Below are positions 8,225 through 17,271 of a DNA stretch of 64,000 bases, piece by piece. The position numbers were made by a program, and so were the translations under genes. This stretch comes from an uncultured Victivallales bacterium (GTDB lineage Bacteria > Verrucomicrobiota > Lentisphaeria > Victivallales > UBA1829), in assembly GCA_944390735.1 (NCBI GenBank), contig CALXRL010000014.1, positions 1,441 through 65,440 on the forward strand, read 5' to 3'. The stretch's first letter is position 1. Every line of letters begins with the position of its first letter. The notes beneath the pieces were generated by a model. It did not search any database. It was not told the origin of the DNA and saw only the letters and a list, made by a program, of their open reading frames with translations.

Positions 8225-9532
8225 TCAGGCGGAGACGCCGCCATCCGGACGCAGCCGGATGCGGATGACACAGGGCATGTCGTAGGTCGAGGAGCCGCAG
8301 GGCCGGAAACAGCGGACCGCGCTCACCAGAATCCCGCGTTCCGTTTTCCGCCAGCGGGTGGCGACATCCGCATCCTCCGGCGCATGTTCCAGTATGACTC
8401 CGTTCTGTCCGAGAAGTTCCACGGATTCAATGGGTTCCTCCAGGGGCGCTTTCAGAAGAAACTCTCTGCGCTGACCGCGCAGGTAGGGGCGGGGATCGAG
8501 CAGAAAGGCATAAAGGGTCCGCCCGTCCTTGGCGCGAGTGTACCAGATTTTTTCTCCGTCGTCCGTCGTTTCACAGGGGGTCTTCCAGGGGCGCACTTTG
8601 TAGATGGCGGGACGGTTCCAGAAGAGCCACAATCCCATTTCACGCAGCAGCGATTCCTGTTCCCGCGGGATGGTTCCGTCGGGAGCCGGAGTGACGTTCA
8701 GCAGAAGATTTCCCCCTTTCGCCCGGATCTCGATCAGCAGTTCCAGCAGCTGGCGCGCGGTTTTGTCCGCGAGCATCCGGGGGTGCCAGTTCCACTGGGA
8801 GCCGATGGTGCAGCAGCTTTCCCAGGCCCGGTCGAGAACCGTTTCGGGAACCTCCTGTTCCGGGGTCGGCATCTCGCCGCGCGTGACAAGAATTTCGCGG
8901 TTGAAGCGCCAGACCTCCTGTTTCAATCCGTCGGGAGGACCGTCGAAGAACACCAGATCAATCTTTCCGTAGTTGGCCAGAAGCTCCCGGAGCTGCCGCC
9001 GGTTGTACTCCATCAATCCGGGATTCGTGGCGGGAACGACACTTTCATGAAGAAAACGGATCGGAATGTGATTGTTGTAGAGCCATTCAAAATCCAGCGG
9101 GGAGAAATAGAGGCCTGTCCGCAGTCCGCGCCGTCGGAACGCCTCCACAAACGCCCGGGTCACGTCCCGTCCGTACCGGGAGTTCATGACATTGAAGCGC
9201 GTCGTTTTCGTATCGAACATGCAGAATCCGGAATGATGTTTCGCCGTAAAGCAGAAATAGGTCATGCCGACTGCGTCCGCCAGATCCGCATACTCCTCCG
9301 GATCAAATCGCCGCGGATAAAAATGCGACGGGAAAAACTCGTGATACTGTTTCACAATCCGTTCCGACGCCCCCACCAGCGGATGACTGATTTCCGATCC
9401 CAGAATCGAATCGCAGCTCCAGTGAATGAACATGCCGAATGCCAGATCCCGGAACTCTTCCTCCTGTTCCGGCGAATTGCCGCCGGTGAAGGGAGTCCCG
9501 TGAATGGTCACATCCACTTCGTTCCGGTTCAT
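8225..9532 (-). CDS. Alpha-L-fucosidase (GH29)
   Basis: FGMFIHWSCDS, GMTYFCFTAKHHSGFCMFDTKTT and GLYFSPLDFEW are typical GH29 blocks. ATG 9532 overlaps the stop of the upstream gene (ATGA). Confidence 0.85.
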   Translation of the reverse strand: MNRNEVDVTIHGTPFTGGNSPEQEEEFRDLAFGMFIHWSCDSILGSEISHPLVGASERIVKQYHEFFPSHFYPRRFDPEEYADLADAVGMTYFCFTAKHHSGFCMFDTKTTRFNVMNSRYGRDVTRAFVEAFRRRGLRTGLYFSPLDFEWLYNNHIPIRFLHESVVPATNPGLMEYNRRQLRELLANYGKIDLVFFDGPPDGLKQEVWRFNREILVTRGEMPTPEQEVPETVLDRAWESCCTIGSQWNWHPRMLADKTARQLLELLIEIRAKGGNLLLNVTPAPDGTIPREQESLLREMGLWLFWNRPAIYKVRPWKTPCETTDDGEKIWYTRAKDGRTLYAFLLDPRPYLRGQRREFLLKAPLEEPIESVELLGQNGVILEHAPEDADVATRWRKTERGILVSAVRCFRPCGSSTYDMPCVIRIRLRPDGGVSA

Positions 9533-11298
9533 TGCTGTTCCTCGACTTTCATCCGATAGGGCGGAAGTTGCCGGAGGGTCCGGTCTGTCGGATTGAACTT
9601 CAGAACTTTGAAGGGCTTGCCGTCGCGGAAAATTTCCACCGAGGCGATCCCGTCCGCTTCGTAGACGAGCGGTCCCGCGGAAAGAACGGCTTTCCCCGGA
9701 CGGACCACCGAAACCTGTGCGGAAAAGCTCTCTCCCGCCCGGTATTCCCGTTTTCCCGCTCCGGCAAACGGATAATAGACGAAGCCGCATTTCTCCTCCC
9801 GGAACGGTTCCAGCAGTTGCGCTCCGCTGAAATGCATGGTAAAATCGGCAAATCCGAGTTTGTTTTTTTCCGGTTTGAGATTTTTAGCCATTCCGCTGCT
9901 GACCCAGATCTCGACTCCGGGAAGTTTGGTCTTCTTTTCCATGACCAGGGAAATGACTCCGGCGGCACCGTTTTCATCGGCGTACCAGAGATCGGTCCGG
10001 CGGAACGGGGATTCCGGCGGAATCTGACCGTAAATTCCCCGGCGCGCGTGAAAGGTTCCTCCTCCGGCGATCCAGTTTCTGCCGACAACGCCATCGTGCT
10101 GGCGATATTCATCGGGAGGAATCATGAGATAGGTCATGTGTCCGTTGCGTTTCCCGGGAATCGCAACATAGACCGCATTGAAGCAGGAGGTCCATCCTTT
10201 TTCATTGGAAACGCCCATGCCGAACTGGGAGTCGCCCCACGGACGCGACGGCATTTCCACATCCAGAGCTCCGATTCTCAGCGCGGGTCCGTTCGCGTTC
10301 CGGTCGAACATGCAGCGGTCGCGGGAGACTTTTTTCCCCGGAGCCCTTTTCTTCCACGCATACATGTTTCCGTAGGTCCAGACATAGGGCTGAATGTAGC
10401 TTCTGCGCTGACGCATCAAGTCCAGAGCCAGAGGATTCTCCGTGACGGCGGCAACATGTTCAAATCCTGTATACGGACCGCCGGTCCCCATGAAATGTTT
10501 CCACCACGGAGAGGAGAAGACGGTCAACTGGCCGGAAATGGTTGCCGCATTCGCCCATTCCGCCATTCGCTGAAGCGCCAGTTTCGCGTTTTCATCGCCG
10601 GTCAGCTGATAGTAGCGTCCGAGATGCGCGGCGTCGAAATTGAAATAGATCGGATCCGGTCCCGAATTGTTGATGTAGCTGAATGCTCCTCCGGGAAGCT
10701 GAATCGACAGCGCCTGACGTATATTTTTCCGAGCCTGTGCGCGCCATGCGGGAACATCCTTGTCCTTCGGATCCAGACGTTCATAAATGATCGCTCCGAA
10801 TTCCAGAGCCATTGCGGTTTGAAACAGAGTGTTGGCCGCTTTACTCATCCACTGAGCGGGATCGGAAATTTCACGTAGACTTTTCTGGTAACTTGGACGC
10901 AGACGTTCCTTCCAGACATCCAGCTGTTTTTTGTCCAGTCCCCCGTACAGGCTCCAGAGATTGAACGTCTCCGTATCTTCGAGAATGGTCCAGAATCCGG
11001 AGGGTTTCTTTTCCCGTTCCAGAGTGATCACGTCAAATTTCCGGAACACGGCGTCGCGGATTTCCCGGTTTCCACGGTACGGCCCCCGTTTGTCGAACAC
11101 GGCCCACGAAAGCCAGAGCGTGGAAAAATCCTCCCCCTTCTTCCATTTGTTATAATTGAGTTTGACAATGTTGCGGGCACCGGGAAGATAGGGATTGTCC
11201 TCCGCAAGAGGCGGAGGAACACCGTTTTTCCAGAGGGGCTCCGCAGCGGAGAGCGCCATCGTCCCTGCCATCAGAATCAGACTCATTGTTTTCCTCAT
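9529..11298 (-). CDS. Secreted protein of unknown family (589 aa); possible helical toroid + beta-sandwich polysaccharide lyase/hydrolase
   Basis: Start MRKTMSLILMAGTMALSAAEP (signal peptide) at ATG 11298. I recognise no catalytic motif. It sits between a CE7-like esterase and GH29 in one operon. Confidence 0.6.
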   Translation of the reverse strand: MRKTMSLILMAGTMALSAAEPLWKNGVPPPLAEDNPYLPGARNIVKLNYNKWKKGEDFSTLWLSWAVFDKRGPYRGNREIRDAVFRKFDVITLEREKKPSGFWTILEDTETFNLWSLYGGLDKKQLDVWKERLRPSYQKSLREISDPAQWMSKAANTLFQTAMALEFGAIIYERLDPKDKDVPAWRAQARKNIRQALSIQLPGGAFSYINNSGPDPIYFNFDAAHLGRYYQLTGDENAKLALQRMAEWANAATISGQLTVFSSPWWKHFMGTGGPYTGFEHVAAVTENPLALDLMRQRRSYIQPYVWTYGNMYAWKKRAPGKKVSRDRCMFDRNANGPALRIGALDVEMPSRPWGDSQFGMGVSNEKGWTSCFNAVYVAIPGKRNGHMTYLMIPPDEYRQHDGVVGRNWIAGGGTFHARRGIYGQIPPESPFRRTDLWYADENGAAGVISLVMEKKTKLPGVEIWVSSGMAKNLKPEKNKLGFADFTMHFSGAQLLEPFREEKCGFVYYPFAGAGKREYRAGESFSAQVSVVRPGKAVLSAGPLVYEADGIASVEIFRDGKPFKVLKFNPTDRTLRQLPPYRMKVEEQQ

Positions 11299-11318
11299 AT
11301 GATCAAATCCTTTCCTTC

Positions 11319-12602
11319 TTATTTCGATGGTCCTGTGACATGCTTCCGGACCTCTTTTCGTGCATACTCTTCGGTGTCGCGGATTGCCGGCCAGTGCCCG
11401 GCGTTCGGAAACGGACGCAGTTCCTTCGGCGATGGAATGTTGTTCCACGCGGCATAGACGGAGGAGGGGTTCGTCAGGAAATCGTGCCATGCGGCGGTCA
11501 CGAGAACCGGACAGCGGATGCGGCGTGCGAAGCTGCAGTTGTCGAAATACCCGGCGGTCCGTTTTGTCTTTTCGTTCCACGGGAAATTGCCGGGCCAGCC
11601 GCGCGCCTGCTTTTTCTCCATTCCGCCATGATTGCAGAGACCGGGAACTCCCGCATAACAGAACGTCACCTCCGGTGAAAGTCCCGCAACCGCCAGCGAC
11701 TGGGCGCCTCCCTGACTGGAACCGTAGCAGATCAGATCCCTTCCGTTCCATTCCGGACGGCTTTTCAGATATTCCAATGCGCGGAGGTCCCGAAGAAGCA
11801 TGGCCCGGAAGTAGACCTTTTCCGGACTCTCCCATCCCTGAACCGTGTAATAGCGTTCTTTTTTCAGTTTAGAAAGCAGCTCCTCTTCGGTCGCCTGTTC
11901 GCCGAATCCGATTCCATGCGCGTTGACGCTGAGGGCGAGAAACCCGTCCGCGGCAAAACGGTATTCGGGCGAATGCTTGTAAATGCCTGCGCCATCGAAA
12001 CGGATCACCGCCGGCAGTCTGCCTTTTGCGTTCTTCGGCAGACAGAGATAGCCGAACGCGCGCCGTCCGCCGGGCGCATCCAGCCGGAATTCAAAGCAGT
12101 CCACTTTCCCCTGATATTTCGGATCGGTGACGGGCATTCGTTTCAAGGTGGGATTCATGGGAACGGCGGCAAGCTCTTGTTTCGCCTTCTTCCAGAAGGC
12201 GTCGAAATCGGACGGCTCAGGCATTCCCTGCCGGATCTGCTCCGGATTCACCGCAACGGAATTGATGTTGTAAGGTGTCACAGGACGTTTCTGTCCTTCG
12301 GGAATGTAGGTTGCGGAAAAGTAGACGAATCCGCAGGAGGGGGCGGTGGTTTCCATTGTGATCCGTCCGTTTCCTTTTTTCACAACGACGTCTTTCCCTT
12401 CGACCCTCAGTTCCGAACGGAACGGAAGCACGGCAGGTTTTCCGTCCTTCATCAGTTCCGCCGTGAATACGATTTTCTCTCCCGGTTCGGCGAATCCGTC
12501 CGCGGGAATCCGGGTCGTCCGGAAATGGAATTTCGGGGCGGCGTTTCCGCAGAGCGCTGCGGAAAGGAGCAGGAAACAGACTCCTGTTTTAAAATGGTTC
12601 AT
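11319..12602 (-). CDS. Acetyl xylan esterase / cephalosporin-C deacetylase-like (AXE1/CE7-like) serine esterase, secreted
   Basis: MNHFKTGVCFLLLSAALCGNA signal, FDAFWKKAKQELAAVP, nucleophile elbow GSSQGG, and WHDFLTNP near the C-terminus. Confidence 0.75.
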   Translation of the reverse strand: MNHFKTGVCFLLLSAALCGNAAPKFHFRTTRIPADGFAEPGEKIVFTAELMKDGKPAVLPFRSELRVEGKDVVVKKGNGRITMETTAPSCGFVYFSATYIPEGQKRPVTPYNINSVAVNPEQIRQGMPEPSDFDAFWKKAKQELAAVPMNPTLKRMPVTDPKYQGKVDCFEFRLDAPGGRRAFGYLCLPKNAKGRLPAVIRFDGAGIYKHSPEYRFAADGFLALSVNAHGIGFGEQATEEELLSKLKKERYYTVQGWESPEKVYFRAMLLRDLRALEYLKSRPEWNGRDLICYGSSQGGAQSLAVAGLSPEVTFCYAGVPGLCNHGGMEKKQARGWPGNFPWNEKTKRTAGYFDNCSFARRIRCPVLVTAAWHDFLTNPSSVYAAWNNIPSPKELRPFPNAGHWPAIRDTEEYARKEVRKHVTGPSK

Positions 12603-12624
12603 TTTGAATTCCTTCTCTGATGAA

Positions 12625-13374
12625 TTATTTGATTCCGAGTCCGAACGGGTCGAGCGTCTGACCCTTGTAGCCTTCGGTTGTGCTTTGCCACTGGACATTC
12701 AAGGCGATGCCGTTTTTGACAAGCGTTACATGACCGTCGACATAGGCGAAATTCCCATCCGCTCCGGGACGGGAGTGGCGTCCGATGAAGGCATTGTAGG
12801 TGGGGCGGGTCGGGAAGAAGGGGGTCGGCACGCCATCGGCGCCATCGCTTTCCAGCAGCATGACGGCGGAAGAAGGACGCTTCACTTTCGTATTTCGAAT
12901 CGGCGGATCATTCCAGCCCACGCCGCCGCAGAGACCGCCCGCCTTGTAGGGCATCGCATAGGAGAGCTTGTGTTTCTGAATTTCCCATGCCCCTGTGGTT
13001 GGATTTGTTGCCATATATCCTTTCAAAATGGAAAGATTCTGCGGACAGAACCATGGAGTGCTCCAGACAACCTCCAGATTTTTTTTCATGTTGGGAAGAT
13101 AGCCGCTGACCATCAGGAGCACGGTCCAGGGGCGGGAGTTATTGGCGGACGTCGGTCCGCTTGCTTCCCGGAAAGGGGGAAAATAGCCGTCGGAATCGTT
13201 CTGATAGCTGACCAGGGCAAGGGCAATCTGCTTTTCGTTGCCGGAACAGAATGCGGTATCCGCCTTCGACCGGGCGGAATTCAGCGCGGGAAGAAGAAGT
13301 CCGGCAAGAATTGCAATGATTGCAATCACGACGAGGAGTTCTATCAATGTAAAATCCCGTACCTCATGTTTCAT
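12625..13374 (-). CDS. Prepilin-type N-terminal cleavage/methylation domain protein, DUF1559-like pseudopilin paralog
   Basis: [38 protein letters not shown] and C-terminal [15 protein letters not shown] 13374 overlaps the LacI stop (ATGA). Confidence 0.85.
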   Translation of the reverse strand: MKHEVRDFTLIELLVVIAIIAILAGLLLPALNSARSKADTAFCSGNEKQIALALVSYQNDSDGYFPPFREASGPTSANNSRPWTVLLMVSGYLPNMKKNLEVVWSTPWFCPQNLSILKGYMATNPTTGAWEIQKHKLSYAMPYKAGGLCGGVGWNDPPIRNTKVKRPSSAVMLLESDGADGVPTPFFPTRPTYNAFIGRHSRPGADGNFAYVDGHVTLVKNGIALNVQWQSTTEGYKGQTLDPFGLGIK

Positions 13375-14402
13375 GGTTTTCTTCCTTTCTTTTTCAGGTT
13401 GGCGACGGAGTCCCGTTCGACCAGGGTTACATTGGAAATCTGTCTGGAAAGCTCCCGGCTGTCCGCATTCAGAAGCCGGAGCATGGCATGGGCCGCAAGA
13501 GAGCCGATCTCGACGCCGTTCTGCCGGATCGTGGTTAATTTCGGGACCAGGGCGGAAGCAAAGTTCAAATCCGCGGTTCCGATCACGCTGAGCTCCTCGG
13601 GAATTCTCACTCCCAGAGAGGCGGCCGCATCGTAGAGAAGGCGTGCATCGTTGTCGTTGTAGCAGTAGCATGCGCAGGGGAGGGGACGGGTCTTCAGCCA
13701 TTGGCACAGCGCATCCATCCTCTTCTCCTCTCCGATCTCCCGGAAGGAGAAGATGGAACTTTCCTCCAGTGCAATCCCCTGTTCCGCCAGCGTGGCGCGG
13801 AAGGAGAGGAACCGGGGGAGAAGTTCGACTGGCCAGGGATTCCCGGAGAGAAAACAGAGATTGCGGTGTCCCCTGGACAGAAGACAGTCCGCGGCAAGTT
13901 TTCCGCAGGCCTCTTCATCGGAACTGATGTTCTCGGAGAAAAAACGCTTTCCGAAGGCGTCAATGGTGACAACCGGAAGATTGAAGCGTTCAATTTCCCT
14001 CAGTTCTGCTTCCGTGAAATTCTCATCGGAAATACAGGCGATGATCCCATCCACGCGGTGATCGACCAGCCGGCGCATGGAGATGAAATCGCCGTTCCCC
14101 CGCAGACTCACCATGATCGGCAGATAATCTTCGGGAAGAAGCACCTCCTGAATGCCCTGGGAAATGTCGGCAAAATACGAGGTGCGCAGGGAACAGAGCA
14201 GAACCCCGATGCTCCGCGTCTTTCCGTTGAACGCGCTCTGCGCCACGGCATTCGGCCGGAAGTCATAGGCCTCCGCCAGCTTCCGGATCCGGTCCGCCGT
14301 GCTCCGCCTCACTTTGGGATCATGCGAAAAGACACGCGACACCGTCGCGGTTGAAAAACCGGAGAGTCGGGCAAATTGTTTGATGTTCATCGTCTTTTCC
14401 AT
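13371..14402 (-). CDS. LacI-family transcriptional regulator, first gene of the operon
   Basis: [51 protein letters not shown]. Alternative starts are 14390 (MNIKQF) and 14429; the latter would overlap the operator-like palindrome. Confidence 0.85.
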   Translation of the reverse strand: MEKTMNIKQFARLSGFSTATVSRVFSHDPKVRRSTADRIRKLAEAYDFRPNAVAQSAFNGKTRSIGVLLCSLRTSYFADISQGIQEVLLPEDYLPIMVSLRGNGDFISMRRLVDHRVDGIIACISDENFTEAELREIERFNLPVVTIDAFGKRFFSENISSDEEACGKLAADCLLSRGHRNLCFLSGNPWPVELLPRFLSFRATLAEQGIALEESSIFSFREIGEEKRMDALCQWLKTRPLPCACYCYNDNDARLLYDAAASLGVRIPEELSVIGTADLNFASALVPKLTTIRQNGVEIGSLAAHAMLRLLNADSRELSRQISNVTLVERDSVANLKKKGRKP

Positions 14403-14430
14403 GGATCGGCCAAATTGCGTTTTCTTCAAA

Positions 14431-14444
14431 ATGTAACTGTTTAC
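14431..14444. promoter_or_regulatory. LacI/CcpA-type operator-like inverted repeat TGTAACTGTTTACA
   Basis: aaTGTAA-CTGT-TTACAtt (7-bp arms with flanks) lies between the TATAAT box and the LacI start. It resembles the TGTAAACGTTTACA consensus. Confidence 0.55.
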
Positions 14445-14450
14445 ATTTTT

Positions 14451-14478
14451 AATTATAACAGAATTTCAAAAAAAAACA
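14451..14478 (-). promoter_or_regulatory. Candidate promoter of the LacI-pseudopilin-esterase-GH29 operon
   Basis: Minus strand reads TTGTTT-16-TATAAT, immediately upstream of the operator-like repeat. Confidence 0.45.
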
Positions 14479-14554
14479 AGAGGGGGAAACGGATTTTTCC
14501 GGAAAAAATCCCGGGGGAGGGAAAAAGAAAGGGGACGGGAGGGAATGGAACGAA

Positions 14555-15496
14555 TCAGTCGGTGTTCTGATTCGGAGAACGGGGAGGAGCGGGGGATTCG
14601 GGATGGGAGGAGGGGGCTGTCCGAAGGGCAAGCGTCTGCTGAAAATGACGGTACGCGGTCGGCGGCTGCCCGACAAGGCGTTTGAATTCCTCGGCGAAAT
14701 AAAACTGGCTGCAGTAGCCCAGGCGGTAGGCGATTTCCTTGACCGTCATTTCCGGCACCTGGAGAAAATAGATTGCCCGTTCCATTTTGCGGGCGATCCG
14801 ATACTGCATCGGCGTCATTCCGGTATGCTTTTTGACCATTCGGATCAGACTCATTTTGCTGATGCCGGTGTATTGTTCCAGATCGGCAATGGTGAGCTTG
14901 CGATCAAAATCCTGTTCCAGATATTCGAGGATCCGGGGAAGAAGCGAATGAAGGGACTGTTTTTCCAGCTTGTCCATGGCGAAGCGGCCCAGAAGCTCGT
15001 AACATTTTCCCATCAGATGGAGAAATTCATTCCGGTCCCCGGTATCGACCCGTTCGCCGACGGCCTTCAGATCCGCCAGAAACGCGGGAAAGTCCCGGAC
15101 TTCATACAGCGCCGTGCGGTTCAGACGCAGCGAGGAAAGAATGGAAGATAGATGACAGCCTTTGATCTCCAGAACGTATTTGTGCTGATAGCCCCAGGAA
15201 CGGAAGAGATACGGCGTGAATTCCGGAACCAGCAGAACCGAACCGGGAACAACCGTATAGGTCTTTCCGCCGATCTCATAGATGCTCTCGCCCGATTCCA
15301 GAGCGATCAGCATCAGAAAACTGACGCCGGGGGAATCAAACCACGCATTGGCCGTATCGCGGATCTGATCCTCGAAGCAGAAGGGATACAGCGGAAGATC
15401 CAGATTGAAATGGAGCGAGAGCATCCGTCTGCGGTGATAGAGACTCTCCGCGTAATTGGAGGAAAGCCGCGCATTGGTTCTTGGTTTTGCTGTCAT
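14555..15496 (-). CDS. AraC/XylS-family transcriptional regulator with Pro-rich C-terminal tail
   Basis: Cupin-like N-terminus (VLLVPEFTPYLFRS), then C-terminal HTH_18: LTIADLEQYTGISKMSLIRMVKKHTGMTPMQYRIARKMERAIYFLQ...VKEIAYRLGYCSQFYFAEEFKRLVGQPPTAY. Start MTAKPRT at 15496. Confidence 0.85.
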   Translation of the reverse strand: MTAKPRTNARLSSNYAESLYHRRRMLSLHFNLDLPLYPFCFEDQIRDTANAWFDSPGVSFLMLIALESGESIYEIGGKTYTVVPGSVLLVPEFTPYLFRSWGYQHKYVLEIKGCHLSSILSSLRLNRTALYEVRDFPAFLADLKAVGERVDTGDRNEFLHLMGKCYELLGRFAMDKLEKQSLHSLLPRILEYLEQDFDRKLTIADLEQYTGISKMSLIRMVKKHTGMTPMQYRIARKMERAIYFLQVPEMTVKEIAYRLGYCSQFYFAEEFKRLVGQPPTAYRHFQQTLALRTAPSSHPESPAPPRSPNQNTD

Positions 15497-15619
15497 GGTC
15501 CGCTCCTTTTGCAATACAGTAGACGGCCGATGCGCAAAATGCAACCCGTTTCTTTACAATTCCTGATTCCTGAACTCAAAAAATCGCTTTTACCAATATA
15601 TTTTGTTATTATTCCATAT

Positions 15620-15637
15620 GCGGAAGAGGGGCGGAAG
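15620..15637 (+). promoter_or_regulatory. Direct repeat GCGGAAG-N4-GCGGAAG abutting the -35 box, candidate activator (AraC) site
   Basis: Two identical heptamers 11 bp apart (one helical turn) end 2 nt before TTGACG. A tandem ATTCCTGATTCCTG lies further upstream. Confidence 0.3.
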
Positions 15638-15639
15638 CA

Positions 15640-15668
15640 TTGACGCTTTCCGCGTTGTATGCTATAAT
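15640..15668 (+). promoter_or_regulatory. Near-consensus sigma70 promoter for the CBM-like/pseudopilin/1318-aa operon
   Basis: TTGACG-ctttccgcgttgtatgc(17)-TATAAT. The predicted leader before ATG 15883 is about 205 nt. Confidence 0.6.
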
Positions 15669-15882
15669 GAAATCCGGAAAAAGAACGATTCCCCGTTCAG
15701 AATCGGACGGATGGTTCGGAACAGAGAGCGCCGCTCCGCTGCTCCGCTGTCTTTCCGATCCGCTCCTCGTCCGGAGGGGAGATCCCTGCGGAAAAAATCA
15801 TTCGACCGTTCTGAAAAAGAGCGGCGCAACGATGGATGGGGAAGAACAGAAAAAAAAGAAAGGTTTTGGAAGATGAAACATG

Positions 15883-16418
15883 GCTGGCTGCTTGTGTTGT
15901 TCTCCGTCTGCGGAATCCTCTCCGCCGGAGAGTTCCGCATGGATCTGATCTCGTTGAAATCCGGCGTGGATCTGGAGATGGGAAAGACCTCCGGGGCATT
16001 TCGAATCATTGATTCCCCCTGGTACGGGGAGAAACGCAAACAGAGCATTGAGATCCGGGGGGAAACCTCCGACCGCTGGCAGGCCTATTCGTTTACGTTT
16101 GTCCCCCGGAAAAGCGGGATCGTGACGCTGCGGATCAGCGCTCCGTACGTCAAAGCGGGTGCGAAACCGAAGGTCTGCGCCTACGACAATATCCGTGCCG
16201 AGGGCGCTGAACTCAAAAACGGCGGTTTTGAAGAGAAGGTCCCCGCCCACGGCTGGATCCCCGGCTGGGGCACGAAGGACGGTCTGATGACCGGTGATGC
16301 CGCCGAAGGAAACTGCTACATGCGCTGCGCCTACCGGAAAGCCGTCGTTCAGAATCTCACCTGCCGGGAAGGGGTCCCCGTGACCATCTCCTTCCAGGCG
16401 AAAAACGCCGTCTGGTGA
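15883..16418 (+). CDS. Small secreted beta-sandwich (CBM-like) protein, unknown function
   Basis: MKHGWLLVLFSVCGILSAGE signal peptide, 178 aa, beta-rich. Internal ATG of track ORF 15603..16418. Confidence 0.6.
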
Positions 16419-16442
16419 GAACGGATGGAAGGAGAAAAACAG

Positions 16443-17255
16443 ATGAGAATGCGCGCCTTTCCTGTGAAAAACTTCACTCTTGTAGAGCTCCTTGTTGTCA
16501 TTTCGGTTATTGCGATTCTGACCTCCCTTCTTCTTCCCGCCCTGAACAGTGCGAGGGAGAAGGCCGCCGCAATCGTCTGTTCCGGCAATTTGAAACAGAC
16601 GGGCGTCGGATTGATGATGTATGCCGGAGACCATGAGGACTATCTGCCCAATCTTCTTCAGGGAGTGGACTGCATGTTCACCGACTCCATCGCCGTTTAT
16701 GTCAACAGTTCCTACGCGGTGAAGACCACATTCACGGGAACGGGCACGTGGGGATATTTCATCAATTATGCGCCTTCGCACTACATTTACACGGCCAAAT
16801 CCGTGTTTGTCTGTCCGACGGCCGCGGGGAATCTGCGGGAGCCCTTCACCGGAGAAGCGGGAACGTTTTTTGTTTCGAACTACTCGGTGACGCGCTGCGA
16901 TAACGTTCCCGGCACGGTCTGCCGTCCCTATGCCTGGTGGCAGTACAGCGGGCAGACCAATGAAAAACCGAATGGAAGACGGATCAACGACATCAAAGGA
17001 CGGGTTCTTGTCGGGGAACAGCGCTATTATCAGGCGGCCAGTTCCATGACGCGCAAGGTCAATGTCACCCGTCTCGGTTCCGTTTACTGCTGGAGCGGCG
17101 CCTATGCGGTCAACAGCGAATGGGCATCCGGCAATGTGCATGGCGGCGGACTCTCCGGAAACTGGCTGTACAGGGATGGTCATGTTTCCAGTCACAAATT
17201 CAATCCGCAGCTCATCCACCGATCCGGAACCTCCGCCTATTTCATGGGATTTTGA
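16443..17255 (+). CDS. Prepilin-type N-terminal cleavage/methylation domain protein, DUF1559-like pseudopilin paralog
   Basis: [41 protein letters not shown] and C-terminal [20 protein letters not shown] lies 9 nt upstream of ATG 16443; the track ORF starts at 16425. Confidence 0.85.
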   Translation: MRMRAFPVKNFTLVELLVVISVIAILTSLLLPALNSAREKAAAIVCSGNLKQTGVGLMMYAGDHEDYLPNLLQGVDCMFTDSIAVYVNSSYAVKTTFTGTGTWGYFINYAPSHYIYTAKSVFVCPTAAGNLREPFTGEAGTFFVSNYSVTRCDNVPGTVCRPYAWWQYSGQTNEKPNGRRINDIKGRVLVGEQRYYQAASSMTRKVNVTRLGSVYCWSGAYAVNSEWASGNVHGGGLSGNWLYRDGHVSSHKFNPQLIHRSGTSAYFMGF

Positions 17256-17271
17256 AAGAAAGGATTTTGGA

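Noticed and set aside
8210-13635. Plus-strand ORFs 8210..9559 (449 aa), 9532..10878 (448 aa), 11916..12620 and 12346..13635 (429 aa)
   Set aside because: All are antisense to the GH29, unknown, CE7-like and pseudopilin operon genes, which have family motifs or signal peptides. Their translations are R/G/P-rich shadow frames.
14491-14511. AT-rich palindrome GGATTTTTCCGGAAAAAATCC as the terminator of the AraC gene
   Set aside because: The stem is almost entirely A/T and the T-run on the minus strand is 12 nt away from it. That is too weak to call.
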